Shown here: positions 1 through 8,549 of the stretch, in pieces | Layout of the letters: every line of letters starts with the position of its first letter | Numbering within the stretch: position 1 is the stretch's first letter | Source: Raphidiopsis brookii D9 | Lineage (GTDB): Bacteria; Cyanobacteriota; Cyanobacteriia; Cyanobacteriales; Nostocaceae | NCBI GenBank assembly: GCA_000175855.1 | Contig: ACYB01000035.1 | Span: 480,001 to 512,000, forward strand | Direction of reading: 5' to 3' | DNA length: 32,000 bases | The notes under the pieces: generated by a model | Told to the model about the DNA's origin: nothing | Seen by the model: only the letters and a program-made list of their open reading frames with translations | Database searches by the model: none | Program-made: the position numbers and the translations under genes

Positions 1-164
1 GATTTACCTTTAAACAATGGCCTTTTCCGGTGTGTAAATTCCACCTCAATTGTATTTCCTCAAGAGAATTTTTGGTAACTAGGAAAAGGACTATTTTTTT
101 TAAAAACGACTTATCCGGTCTCTAACTAGCGGTTTTGATGTATAGCCATATTTCCAGAAAGGGA

Positions 165-1385
165 TTAAACCTCTTCGATCAGTGCTAAAACTTGTTTGGG
201 TAATAATTTTTCTTTAAACCAAATAATTTTGGCAGGAACATTATCCAATTTCACCCCGGATTTTTCCAGGTTCAACTTTTCAGAAATTGCCAGAATGAGG
301 TTATGACAATTTGCTCTTTTCACCTGGGCAAATTTCTTTTTTAAATATTCCGGTTGCCAATAGCCAACAATTTCTAACAAAAAACTCCTTCCGTCAGGAT
401 GCACAAAACGAAAGTCTGGTATGATTACACTTCCAGGGATGGGAATTAAATCTACTTCTCTTTCTAAAAACCAACCAGTTTTCATAGCATCCCATTTATC
501 AGCGAAGGAATGGTCTAACATGCTGTCGTATGGTTTACCTTGGCGATAATGAGAGATTAGACCACATTCAGAATTTAGGGTAAATCTACTGGTTTTCCAT
601 TCCTGGGTATATGGGTCTTTTATTTGCAAGGTGGTTGATAAACTCCATTTAGTCACATGGAGCAAAGCTGGGATCATTTTAGCTATGGATAATCCGTATC
701 GCGTACTGGAGGTAAATAAACTTGTTGGACCATCAATGGTGATTGTGAAACCGTGGTTTCCATCACCCTCAATATAGGCCATTAACTGAAATAATTTTAG
801 ATATCGAAATAATAATTTATATTCTCTTGGTGAATTACGGTGAGCATTTAAGATTAATTGGGTAGCTTTATAGAAAATACCTTGCACCTGGGATAAGTTA
901 TAACGGTGTAATAGGTCTTCTGGTTTAGGAACATCAAATGCGGTGAGGATTCTATTTTCCAAGAGATCAGCATAAAGACCTTCAGCAATCTGAATTGGTA
1001 AGATTTCCCTTTGCAGTTCTTGACTAAGGTTGGCAGCAATTTGGCTAAAAATTATCTCGGTGTTTTGGGGACTAGCAACTGATCGAGCTGCTAGGGTGAA
1101 TACCTTTTCCCTTAACAGTTGTGGTTCTAGGGGACTGATAATTTCAAAATTGCAAAAACTACTTTTGAGGATGTAGCCTAAACCGCGTTTCATTCTATAG
1201 TCTGTGGTCTCACCCTCAAAATCTATAAGTTGTCTTTCCAAATATCCTTGGGTTTTTCCTAGAGCATCTTGAAAAAAGTTAATTAAATTATTTGCTAGGG
1301 CTAAATTTTTATCATCCAGTTTCAGTCTCTTGGGAATGATTTCTTCTCCGGTTTGACGATAAATCAGTAGTTCAGTCGGTAACAT
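165..1385 (-). CDS. DUF790 family protein, Bax1-like nuclease (partner of archaeal-type XPB)
   Basis: 406 aa ORF. The C-terminus has a PD-(D/E)xK-like nuclease signature, 'IPDFRFVHPDGRSFLLEIVGYWQPEYLKKKFAQVK...LILAISEKL', characteristic of DUF790/Bax1. It overlaps the end of an XPB-like helicase ORF by 14 nt. Confidence 0.88.
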   Translation of the reverse strand: MLPTELLIYRQTGEEIIPKRLKLDDKNLALANNLINFFQDALGKTQGYLERQLIDFEGETTDYRMKRGLGYILKSSFCNFEIISPLEPQLLREKVFTLAARSVASPQNTEIIFSQIAANLSQELQREILPIQIAEGLYADLLENRILTAFDVPKPEDLLHRYNLSQVQGIFYKATQLILNAHRNSPREYKLLFRYLKLFQLMAYIEGDGNHGFTITIDGPTSLFTSSTRYGLSIAKMIPALLHVTKWSLSTTLQIKDPYTQEWKTSRFTLNSECGLISHYRQGKPYDSMLDHSFADKWDAMKTGWFLEREVDLIPIPGSVIIPDFRFVHPDGRSFLLEIVGYWQPEYLKKKFAQVKRANCHNLILAISEKLNLEKSGVKLDNVPAKIIWFKEKLLPKQVLALIEEV

Positions 1386-2913
1386 CTTTTTGATGCTTTG
1401 ATTTCGTTAATTTCTTGGTCAAGTAGTTAATTTCTGTCGGTTGGGCAACTTTTGTTTCCAGTTCTTGATTATCCCCATATACAATGCCTAATTCACCTTT
1501 TTTCCTTTTTTCCTCCGGTCTATTTCCAGAGTGTGTTTCCATACCTCTTAATCCCTTTCTTCTGATTGATGTTCCTTCTTCACTCGTATCTTCTGCTATG
1601 ACTTCATATAAAATTGCCCGTTTATTTCCTTGATTTCCTTTCCTTAAAATTCTTCCTAACCTCTGAGTATATTCCCTGATAGAACCAGTACCAGAAAGAA
1701 TAATAGCCACCGCAGCAGCAGGAACATCTACCCCCTCGTTTAAAACATGGGAAGCTACTAAGGTAGTATATGTTCCTTGCTTAAATTTGGTGAGGATTTC
1801 GTGTCTCTCTTTAACTGGGGTTTGATGGGTAATTGCAGGAATTAACAACTCCCGGGAAATACGATAAACCGTGGTGTTATCAGCTGTAAAAACCAACACC
1901 ATTTCTGGATAGTGATCAGCCAGTAAGTCAGCTAAAACTCTCATTTTCCCCTCCGTTCCCAAAGCAATCTCTTTTGCTTGTCGATGCGCTAACATAGCTC
2001 TACGTCCGTCCTGCGATCGCCCACTGACCTGAACAAAAGTTTGCCATCCTTGTAGACTACCTAAAGAAATTCGGGAATGCTTTAAAAAGTCATTGCGAGT
2101 TTGAATTAACCGATTATATTTTTCCCGTTCCCTTGGTGAAAGTTTAACTTTAATTTGGATGATTTCATGATCTGCTAGTACCTTACCTGCTAACTCTTCC
2201 ACATATTGACGGTAAACCTCCTTTCCAATCAAAATATCCAAATCCACGTGTTTACCATCTGTACGCTCCGGTGTTGCAGAAAGTCCTAATCTATAGGGAG
2301 CGATCGCATATTCAGCAATCACCCGATTAAAATCAGTAGGTAGATGATGACATTCATCGAAAATAATTAAACCATATTTATCACCGAGACTTTCAGCGTG
2401 AATAGCTGCACTATCATAGGTAGCGACTAAAATTGCCGTTTTATCTCGTGAACCTCCCCCCAGCAAACCTAGCTCCCCATCAGGGAAGGCTGCTTTTAAA
2501 TGTGCATACCACTGATGCATCAGATCCAGGGTGGGAACAACAATGAGGGTGCTGCGTGGAGTTGCTTCCATAGCCATTTGGGCCAGGTAGGTTTTCCCAG
2601 CTGCTGTTGGTAGCACCACCACACCCTGTCTACCAGCCAATTTCCAAGCGACCAGGGCCTCAGTTTGATGGGGGTAGGGAATCATCTGCACGCTGGAAAC
2701 CAATTCTAAAGGATAAAACTTTTTAGCCTCATCTATAAAATCAGTGTCATCAGCTTCTAGAGCTTCCACTAAACAGCGGTATTTAATAGCTGGGATGCGA
2801 AACTTTTCGATTCTGTCATCCCAGGTGGCAAAGTATATCCAGGACTTACTACGGGGAGGAGGGTGTAAAATCAATGTACCCCGGTCAAATGTTAAAATGG
2901 GGGTTGAACCCAT
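1372..2913 (-). CDS. DEAD/DEAH-box SF2 helicase, XPB/Rad25-like
   Basis: ORF track 1372..2967; the likelier start is the internal ATG at 2913 (MGSTPILTFDRG...), which avoids overlap with msrA. Motifs: Walker A 'LPTAAGKT', motif II 'IIFDECHH', 'LSATPER', motif VI 'YTQRLGRILR'. Confidence 0.9.
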   Translation of the reverse strand: MGSTPILTFDRGTLILHPPPRSKSWIYFATWDDRIEKFRIPAIKYRCLVEALEADDTDFIDEAKKFYPLELVSSVQMIPYPHQTEALVAWKLAGRQGVVVLPTAAGKTYLAQMAMEATPRSTLIVVPTLDLMHQWYAHLKAAFPDGELGLLGGGSRDKTAILVATYDSAAIHAESLGDKYGLIIFDECHHLPTDFNRVIAEYAIAPYRLGLSATPERTDGKHVDLDILIGKEVYRQYVEELAGKVLADHEIIQIKVKLSPREREKYNRLIQTRNDFLKHSRISLGSLQGWQTFVQVSGRSQDGRRAMLAHRQAKEIALGTEGKMRVLADLLADHYPEMVLVFTADNTTVYRISRELLIPAITHQTPVKERHEILTKFKQGTYTTLVASHVLNEGVDVPAAAVAIILSGTGSIREYTQRLGRILRKGNQGNKRAILYEVIAEDTSEEGTSIRRKGLRGMETHSGNRPEEKRKKGELGIVYGDNQELETKVAQPTEINYLTKKLTKSKHQKDVTD

Positions 2914-2930
2914 CTCAATAGTTCTCCCGC

Positions 2931-3596
2931 TTAACTGACTGAGGTTGGAAAAACACCAACGGGACAAGACACATTAGTACCACCTAAACCGCAATAACCA
3001 CCGGGATTTTTGGCCAAATACTGCTGATGATAATCTTCAGCATAATAGAAATCGGGAGCATCCAAAATTTCCGTGGTGATTTTGCCATATCCTGCATTTG
3101 TTAAAGCTTGTTGGTAAGCATTCATAGATGATTCTGCCAACTCTCTTTGTTCTGGGGAATATGAATAAATTCCAGAGCGGTATTGAGTACCCACATCATT
3201 GCCTTGACGCATTCCCTGAGTGGGGTTATGACTTTCCCAAAAGACCTTTAATAATTGGGAATAGTTAATTATCTTTGGGTTGAAGACTACAAGTACCACC
3301 TCATTGTGACCAGTCATTCCCGTGCATACCTCCCTATAGGTGGGGTTGGGAGTATAGCCAGCAGCATACCCCACAGCAGTGCTATATACTCCCCGTTGTT
3401 GCCAAAATTTACGTTCAGCACCCCAAAAACAACCCAGGCCAAACATGGCGGTTTCCATTTCTGAAGGAAAGGGAGGTTGTAAGGGGTTATTATTGACATA
3501 GTGGGCTGCAGGTACGGGCATTTTTTGTTGGCGACCTGGCAAAGCTTGTTCAGGGGTTGGCATTGCTACTTTTTTATTAAATCCAAATAATCCCAT
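2931..3596 (-). CDS. msrA: Peptide-methionine (S)-S-oxide reductase MsrA
   Basis: ORF 2931..3641; likely start at MGLFGFNKK (3596). Contains the '[14 protein letters not shown]' active-site motif, '[27 protein letters not shown]', and C-terminal '[14 protein letters not shown]'. Confidence 0.95.
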   Translation of the reverse strand: MGLFGFNKKVAMPTPEQALPGRQQKMPVPAAHYVNNNPLQPPFPSEMETAMFGLGCFWGAERKFWQQRGVYSTAVGYAAGYTPNPTYREVCTGMTGHNEVVLVVFNPKIINYSQLLKVFWESHNPTQGMRQGNDVGTQYRSGIYSYSPEQRELAESSMNAYQQALTNAGYGKITTEILDAPDFYYAEDYHQQYLAKNPGGYCGLGGTNVSCPVGVFPTSVS

Positions 3597-3748
3597 TGTT
3601 TGACTGTTTTTTCTTAGATTTTTATTTACTATATTATACACTATAGTTGGCGTTAGAATAAAATCATTTAAATCAAAGGGTATAAATTAAAGGTGATAGA
3701 GGTCCCAGTTGCTCTTGTCCATTCACTGCTAGATCGCTGTGACATAGG

Positions 3749-5860
3749 TTAAATTTTTTCTGAAACTCTTCCTAGTAAATCCACAATGATTCTCTCCAGT
3801 CTTTGGGTCTCAGCTGTGTCTTCATCTGCTGCTGTCCATGATTTTCCCATTCTATCTTGTAAAAATATATGGGATCCGAATAAACTGGCTGCGCCACCTT
3901 TAGACCATAGTGGTGAACCTATATCCATCCAAAAGTGCCATTTGTGATATCTATAACTGGCTCGATATTGAAATACTGTGGCTAGGGTAATGGCTTTTTT
4001 GCTTTGTCCCAGGGTGCGTACTGGATAGGGATTAGCTGTAATTGTCCCCTGACGCAATAGGCTAATGAATTCATTGATGCTGTTGGTTAGTCTCGTTTGG
4101 CCGTGGGGTGTGAGGGGATATTCAGTTTGCCTGACTCTTTGTTCTATTTCCCAGTAGTGTTGGGCAGTTTCTAATAGTTCTCTAAGTTCTGATAGGATGC
4201 CAAATGAGGGAGTTTGGTTTTTAAAAATGAATTTCTCCATGGCCGCATATAACAGAAAAACTGGTGTGCTGGATGGGATTTGTTGATTTTGCCGCTGCTG
4301 TATCCATGTTAATATCTCTCTATAAGCTGTGCTGGCTACATAGCCAATTCTATCCCAACGATCAAAGACTCTAATATCTAAAAGGCGCGGGTTCTCTGGA
4401 TCGGGAACAAAACAATTGTCTACTATTATTCCTGCACGCACCGGATCAATTTGATGCTCTTGTTCTTGATTTTCTCTGTCTTCTTCTCTTCTATATTGAT
4501 CACTATAATTTCTACTCAGCACTACTAACATTTCTGCTACTTGGTCTCTATTTACGAGTCTCCCTAGTCCTGGATAAACTAGAGTTAGTAATGTTAATAA
4601 TCCCCTAACATTGGCAGAACCAATTAATGGTCTCTGTTCGTTCAGAGGATCTACCTCGATATGGTGCTTCCCGAGAATTTCTATGATCTGATAACGGGCG
4701 ATCGCATCTAATCCAGGTGCGATAATAGCTATGTCTTCCGGGTGGATTTTGCCTGCTGTAATTTCTCTAATTATTAGCTGGGTTGTTTGCTGTAAAAGTT
4801 CTGCACGAGAAATTGTTTGAATACTCTCCACTGTCTTAGGTAATGTGAATATTATCATCTCTCCTTTGACTAGTTTAATCATTGGTTGAGCTAGTTCGGT
4901 GACTAAATTTTCTTCTCCATCACAGACTAAATTTTCTACCTGACAACGACTTTCTAGTCTTTTTAAAAATTCTGGATCAGCTCCCAAACCTAATCTGACT
5001 GAGCCATAGGGGTTATAGCCAAAAGCTCCCACTGCTCCTTTGTCTAACAAAAACTCCAAGAGGTAATAATATATAGCTGGATAATTGTCCACATCATCAG
5101 CTATGACTAGTTGATAACGGTTTTTTAAATGTTCTTGATACTGAATATTTTTAAATAAATACTTGTGATAAAGTTCTGTAATTAAACCATAAGTTAACAA
5201 TCCTCTTTGTAAACACCACTGGCGCCAACCTACTAACAAAGATGTTAAAAGTTCCGCCTCTAAATCTAAAGTGTGAATGTCTTTTTCTAAACCTTGGTAA
5301 AAAAGCTCTCCAATATCCTCACCAGCAATACCAGCATAGGTGCCCAGTTGCCATAAATCTAATATCCGTCTCACTAAACGATATTGACTGCTTCCCCCAT
5401 TCCCTAGGGCGTTCAATTTCGACTTCCACAGTTTTGTTGCTAGTTCCTGCTCTGTTTCTGGACGTAATATTAAGGGAAATTGAGCTTTGATTTCTAGCGT
5501 CTCTACTATTAAGGGCCAAAACAACATCACTTCATCTTGTATAAATCCGGATGTGGTTTTTGTTTCTAGTATATATTTGCTTTTATTTAAGGTAGCAATT
5601 CTATTACTTAAATATACGCGACTATCATGATTGGATGTTAAAACTAAAACTCGAGGTTCTCTCCATAAAGGATTTAGAGTTTGAATTCTGTTTTCGGACT
5701 GGTTGGAATTTGGATTTTTCGTATAAAATGTCCATATCTCTGGTTTGCCAATTCTTTCCACCCAATCAGAAAAATACCTAACTAAACGAGTGGTTTTACC
5801 ACTACGACTTGCACCCACAACCCAGATAGAATCAAAACCCACTAATTTACTCCTAATCAC
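3749..5860 (-). CDS. RecB/AddB/UvrD-like P-loop ATPase (cyanobacterial recombinase/helicase-like protein)
   Basis: 703 aa. P-loop 'VVGASRSGKTTRL', Walker B-like 'LVIADDVDNYPAIY', 'VLVLTSNHDSRVYLSNRI', and domain order resembling AddB/UvrD-like proteins. Called by pattern recognition only. Confidence 0.65.
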   Translation of the reverse strand: MIRSKLVGFDSIWVVGASRSGKTTRLVRYFSDWVERIGKPEIWTFYTKNPNSNQSENRIQTLNPLWREPRVLVLTSNHDSRVYLSNRIATLNKSKYILETKTTSGFIQDEVMLFWPLIVETLEIKAQFPLILRPETEQELATKLWKSKLNALGNGGSSQYRLVRRILDLWQLGTYAGIAGEDIGELFYQGLEKDIHTLDLEAELLTSLLVGWRQWCLQRGLLTYGLITELYHKYLFKNIQYQEHLKNRYQLVIADDVDNYPAIYYYLLEFLLDKGAVGAFGYNPYGSVRLGLGADPEFLKRLESRCQVENLVCDGEENLVTELAQPMIKLVKGEMIIFTLPKTVESIQTISRAELLQQTTQLIIREITAGKIHPEDIAIIAPGLDAIARYQIIEILGKHHIEVDPLNEQRPLIGSANVRGLLTLLTLVYPGLGRLVNRDQVAEMLVVLSRNYSDQYRREEDRENQEQEHQIDPVRAGIIVDNCFVPDPENPRLLDIRVFDRWDRIGYVASTAYREILTWIQQRQNQQIPSSTPVFLLYAAMEKFIFKNQTPSFGILSELRELLETAQHYWEIEQRVRQTEYPLTPHGQTRLTNSINEFISLLRQGTITANPYPVRTLGQSKKAITLATVFQYRASYRYHKWHFWMDIGSPLWSKGGAASLFGSHIFLQDRMGKSWTAADEDTAETQRLERIIVDLLGRVSEKI

Positions 5861-5940
5861 TTTACACCCCTTTCCTAAGCATCATAACTGATAGTAACTT
5901 ATCCAAATTCCCCCAGGTTCCTAAATCTCATCAATCACCA

Positions 5941-7221
5941 ATGAATGATTCTGTGTTTGGTCGAAAAATATACTTTTCTTTACTTTCTGCTTACCGATGG
6001 TATTTGCTAACACCAGAGCGTGCTTTAGAGGAAGCATATAAATCAGCATTAAAAATTCAGGATATTGAACGTCAACATTTTAATGGTAATAAAATTTCCA
6101 GAAATGCTGACCTTTACAGCAGTAGTGTAATGGACTACTTTCAGTCTGATTTAAACAAACTATTGAAAAATGTGCGAATGCGCCTAACAGAGTTTAAAGC
6201 CAGTCAGTGGTTTTCCAATGAAAGTAAACAAGCAGAAGCAAATAAAGCAGGTATAGAATATACTAGTCTCACCATAGTTTTACAAAAACTGGACTTTATA
6301 GATCAAGTAGTTAATAAGTACAAAAGTGAGCAGTTAGACACTTCTGTGATGAGTTTTATTAACGAGTCTTCTGATAAAGTAGGAGATAAAGGTGGTAATC
6401 AAGGGGACAAACCAAAAAGAAAAGCAGACTCCACGAGTATTCTACCACGATCTATTTTCACCACCATTAGTCGTTTGCAAACAGAATTAGATCCAAATGC
6501 GGAAGTGGAAGTGGTGCGGAGCTTTCGTCAAACTCAGAAAATGACAATTATCTCCATCAGATTTATCTTACTATTAATTATCATACCTTTACTAACACAT
6601 CAAATATCTAAAGTATTAGTGGTAGGTCCCATAGTTGATAGTTTAAGACACGAAGAATCAGAAGAGATTTTTATTAACGAAGAAATGGAAGAGGAAGCAT
6701 TAACAGAATTAGAAAAATTTGCAGAAAGGATTAAATTTGAAAGCATGATTACTAATGCACCACCTTTATCATCAATCGTATTAGAAGCTAAAATGTCTGA
6801 AAAAGCCCAGGAAATAGCTAGAGAATTTCGCCGGTCTGGGTCAAATGCGATAAAGAACGTATTTTGTGATTTACTATCAGTTTTTGCGTTTGTATGTTTG
6901 CTGCTGACTAGTCGGTCTTCTATTTTAGTTCTAAAAGACTTTTTTGATTATGTAGTGTATGGATTAAGTGACAGTGCCAAAGCATTTATCATTATATTAT
7001 TTACTGATATATTTGTTGGTTTCCACTCCCCCCATGGGTGGGAGGTAATTTTGGAAGGATTATCACATCATTGGGGTTTGCCCGCAAACCGTGATTTTAT
7101 TTTTCTATTTATTGCCACATTTCCAGTAATTTTAGATACAATATTCAAGTATTGGATTTTTCGTTATTTGAACAGGATTTCTCCTTCTGCTGTGGCGACT
7201 TACCACAATATGAACGAGTAA
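5941..7221 (+). CDS. pxcA: Proton extrusion protein PxcA (CemA homologue)
   Basis: 426 aa with N-terminal 'YRWYLLTPERALEEAYKSALKIQDIE' and C-terminal multi-TM region 'SRSSILVLKDFFDYVVYGLSDSAKAFIIILFTDIFVGFHSPHGWEVILEG...FPVILDTIFKYWIFRYLNRISPSAVATYHNMNE', typical of PxcA/CemA. Confidence 0.95.
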   Translation: MNDSVFGRKIYFSLLSAYRWYLLTPERALEEAYKSALKIQDIERQHFNGNKISRNADLYSSSVMDYFQSDLNKLLKNVRMRLTEFKASQWFSNESKQAEANKAGIEYTSLTIVLQKLDFIDQVVNKYKSEQLDTSVMSFINESSDKVGDKGGNQGDKPKRKADSTSILPRSIFTTISRLQTELDPNAEVEVVRSFRQTQKMTIISIRFILLLIIIPLLTHQISKVLVVGPIVDSLRHEESEEIFINEEMEEEALTELEKFAERIKFESMITNAPPLSSIVLEAKMSEKAQEIAREFRRSGSNAIKNVFCDLLSVFAFVCLLLTSRSSILVLKDFFDYVVYGLSDSAKAFIIILFTDIFVGFHSPHGWEVILEGLSHHWGLPANRDFIFLFIATFPVILDTIFKYWIFRYLNRISPSAVATYHNMNE

Positions 7222-7262
7222 GTTGATTATTTTTTGTTTCCATCCCTAGACCTAATCAAATC

Positions 7263-8549
7263 ATGAGAAAAATATTTCAAACAACCGTCAGTCTACCATT
7301 TTTTTTAACGATATTTTTTTTAGAAATTCCGTCAACTAAAAATATCGATAGCAACCAATATAGAGTCCCTGCTGGTTGCGAAGCCAGTAAATGGGATTTA
7401 CCCCCAGATGTCAAGGCTGAAAATAGCAGCAAGCTACCAACACTCGTAAAAAGATTTGCCATTGGTTGTTGCCAAAAGGATCCCTCTTGTTTAGATGAAA
7501 GAATCTTTGGTGGTGAAGGGGAAGAAGTAGCTGATAAACAACAACTTTTAAAAGCTATAGATGAGAGCCTAAAATTTTTAAAAACTCGTCGAGCTGCGAT
7601 CGCCTATCAAAAACATAAAAACCCAGGGATTACCAGATACAGAGTTTATCACAGCTTGAAAAGATTTAGGGAATTATTATTATCCACCAATTCTGCTCAA
7701 GAATTACACCAAGCCATTGCCAAAGAGTTCATTTACTATCAATCAACTGGTAGAGATAATCAAGGCACAGTTTTGTTCACCGCTTATTATGAACCATTAT
7801 ATGTGGCGAGTCGCAAACCCACAGCAGAATTTAAATATCCCGTTTATAGATTGCCACCTGATTTAGCATCCTGGTCTAAACCTCACCCCACCAGACTAGA
7901 ATTAGAAGGTGCGGATGGGTTACAAGCTTCCCAGGGCAAATTAAAGGGATTAGAATTATTTTGGTTAAGAGATAGATTTGAACCTTATATTATTCAAATT
8001 CAAGGTTCTGCTCGGTTAAAATTAACAGATGGCACAGAAACAAGTGTAGGTTACGCAGGAAACACAGCCCATAATTATAAAAGTCTAGGTCGTACATTGA
8101 TAGAAGCAGGAAAGCTACCGGAAAAGGGTGTAACTATGCCGAAAATTTTTGAGTATTTTCACAAATATCCGCAAGATTTAAACATTTACCTCCCGAAAAA
8201 TAATAGCTTTGTTTTCTTTAAAGAAACACGCGGGGAACCTGCTTATGGATATGTGGGAGTACCTTTAACTCCAGAACGTTCCATAGCTACAGATAAATCC
8301 CTAATGCCTCCAGGTGCTTTAGCTTTAATTCGTGCGCCTTTTCCCTTTGTAGAAAATGGCAAATTGGAAAATCGCATTGTTAGTCGGTTTGTGCTAGACC
8401 AGGATACAGGTGGCGCGATTAAAGGACCAGGTAGGGTAGATTACTATTTGGGCACTGGTGATATTGCGGGAAGTCGTGCAGGTGTGACAGTAAGTGATGG
8501 GCAGTTATTTTATCCCTTGCTGAAATCTCTACCACCGGTAAAACCTTAA
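7263..8549 (+). CDS. mltA: MltA-type lytic murein transglycosylase
   Basis: 428 aa; 'VLFTAYYEPLYVASRKPTAEFKYPVY', 'IQIQGSARLKLTDGTETSVGYAGNTAHNYKSLGRTL', 'FVLDQDTGGAIKGPGRVDYYLGTGDIAGSRAG' are MltA/3D-domain signatures. Confidence 0.92.
   Translation: MRKIFQTTVSLPFFLTIFFLEIPSTKNIDSNQYRVPAGCEASKWDLPPDVKAENSSKLPTLVKRFAIGCCQKDPSCLDERIFGGEGEEVADKQQLLKAIDESLKFLKTRRAAIAYQKHKNPGITRYRVYHSLKRFRELLLSTNSAQELHQAIAKEFIYYQSTGRDNQGTVLFTAYYEPLYVASRKPTAEFKYPVYRLPPDLASWSKPHPTRLELEGADGLQASQGKLKGLELFWLRDRFEPYIIQIQGSARLKLTDGTETSVGYAGNTAHNYKSLGRTLIEAGKLPEKGVTMPKIFEYFHKYPQDLNIYLPKNNSFVFFKETRGEPAYGYVGVPLTPERSIATDKSLMPPGALALIRAPFPFVENGKLENRIVSRFVLDQDTGGAIKGPGRVDYYLGTGDIAGSRAGVTVSDGQLFYPLLKSLPPVKP

Noticed and set aside
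854-1039. 61 aa antisense ORF within the DUF790 gene
   Set aside because: Fully overlaps a well-supported CDS on the opposite strand and has no recognisable domain.
2744-2938. 64 aa plus-strand ORF inside the helicase gene
   Set aside because: Antisense shadow ORF of a confident CDS.
165-2967. Interpreting the helicase-nuclease pair as an anti-phage defence system
   Set aside because: The pair matches the known XPB-Bax1 DNA repair module and is embedded in core genes, so repair is the simpler explanation without phage-challenge data.
5242-5519. Antisense ORFs (82 and 66 aa) within the RecB-like gene
   Set aside because: Shadow ORFs with no domain or ribosome binding site evidence.
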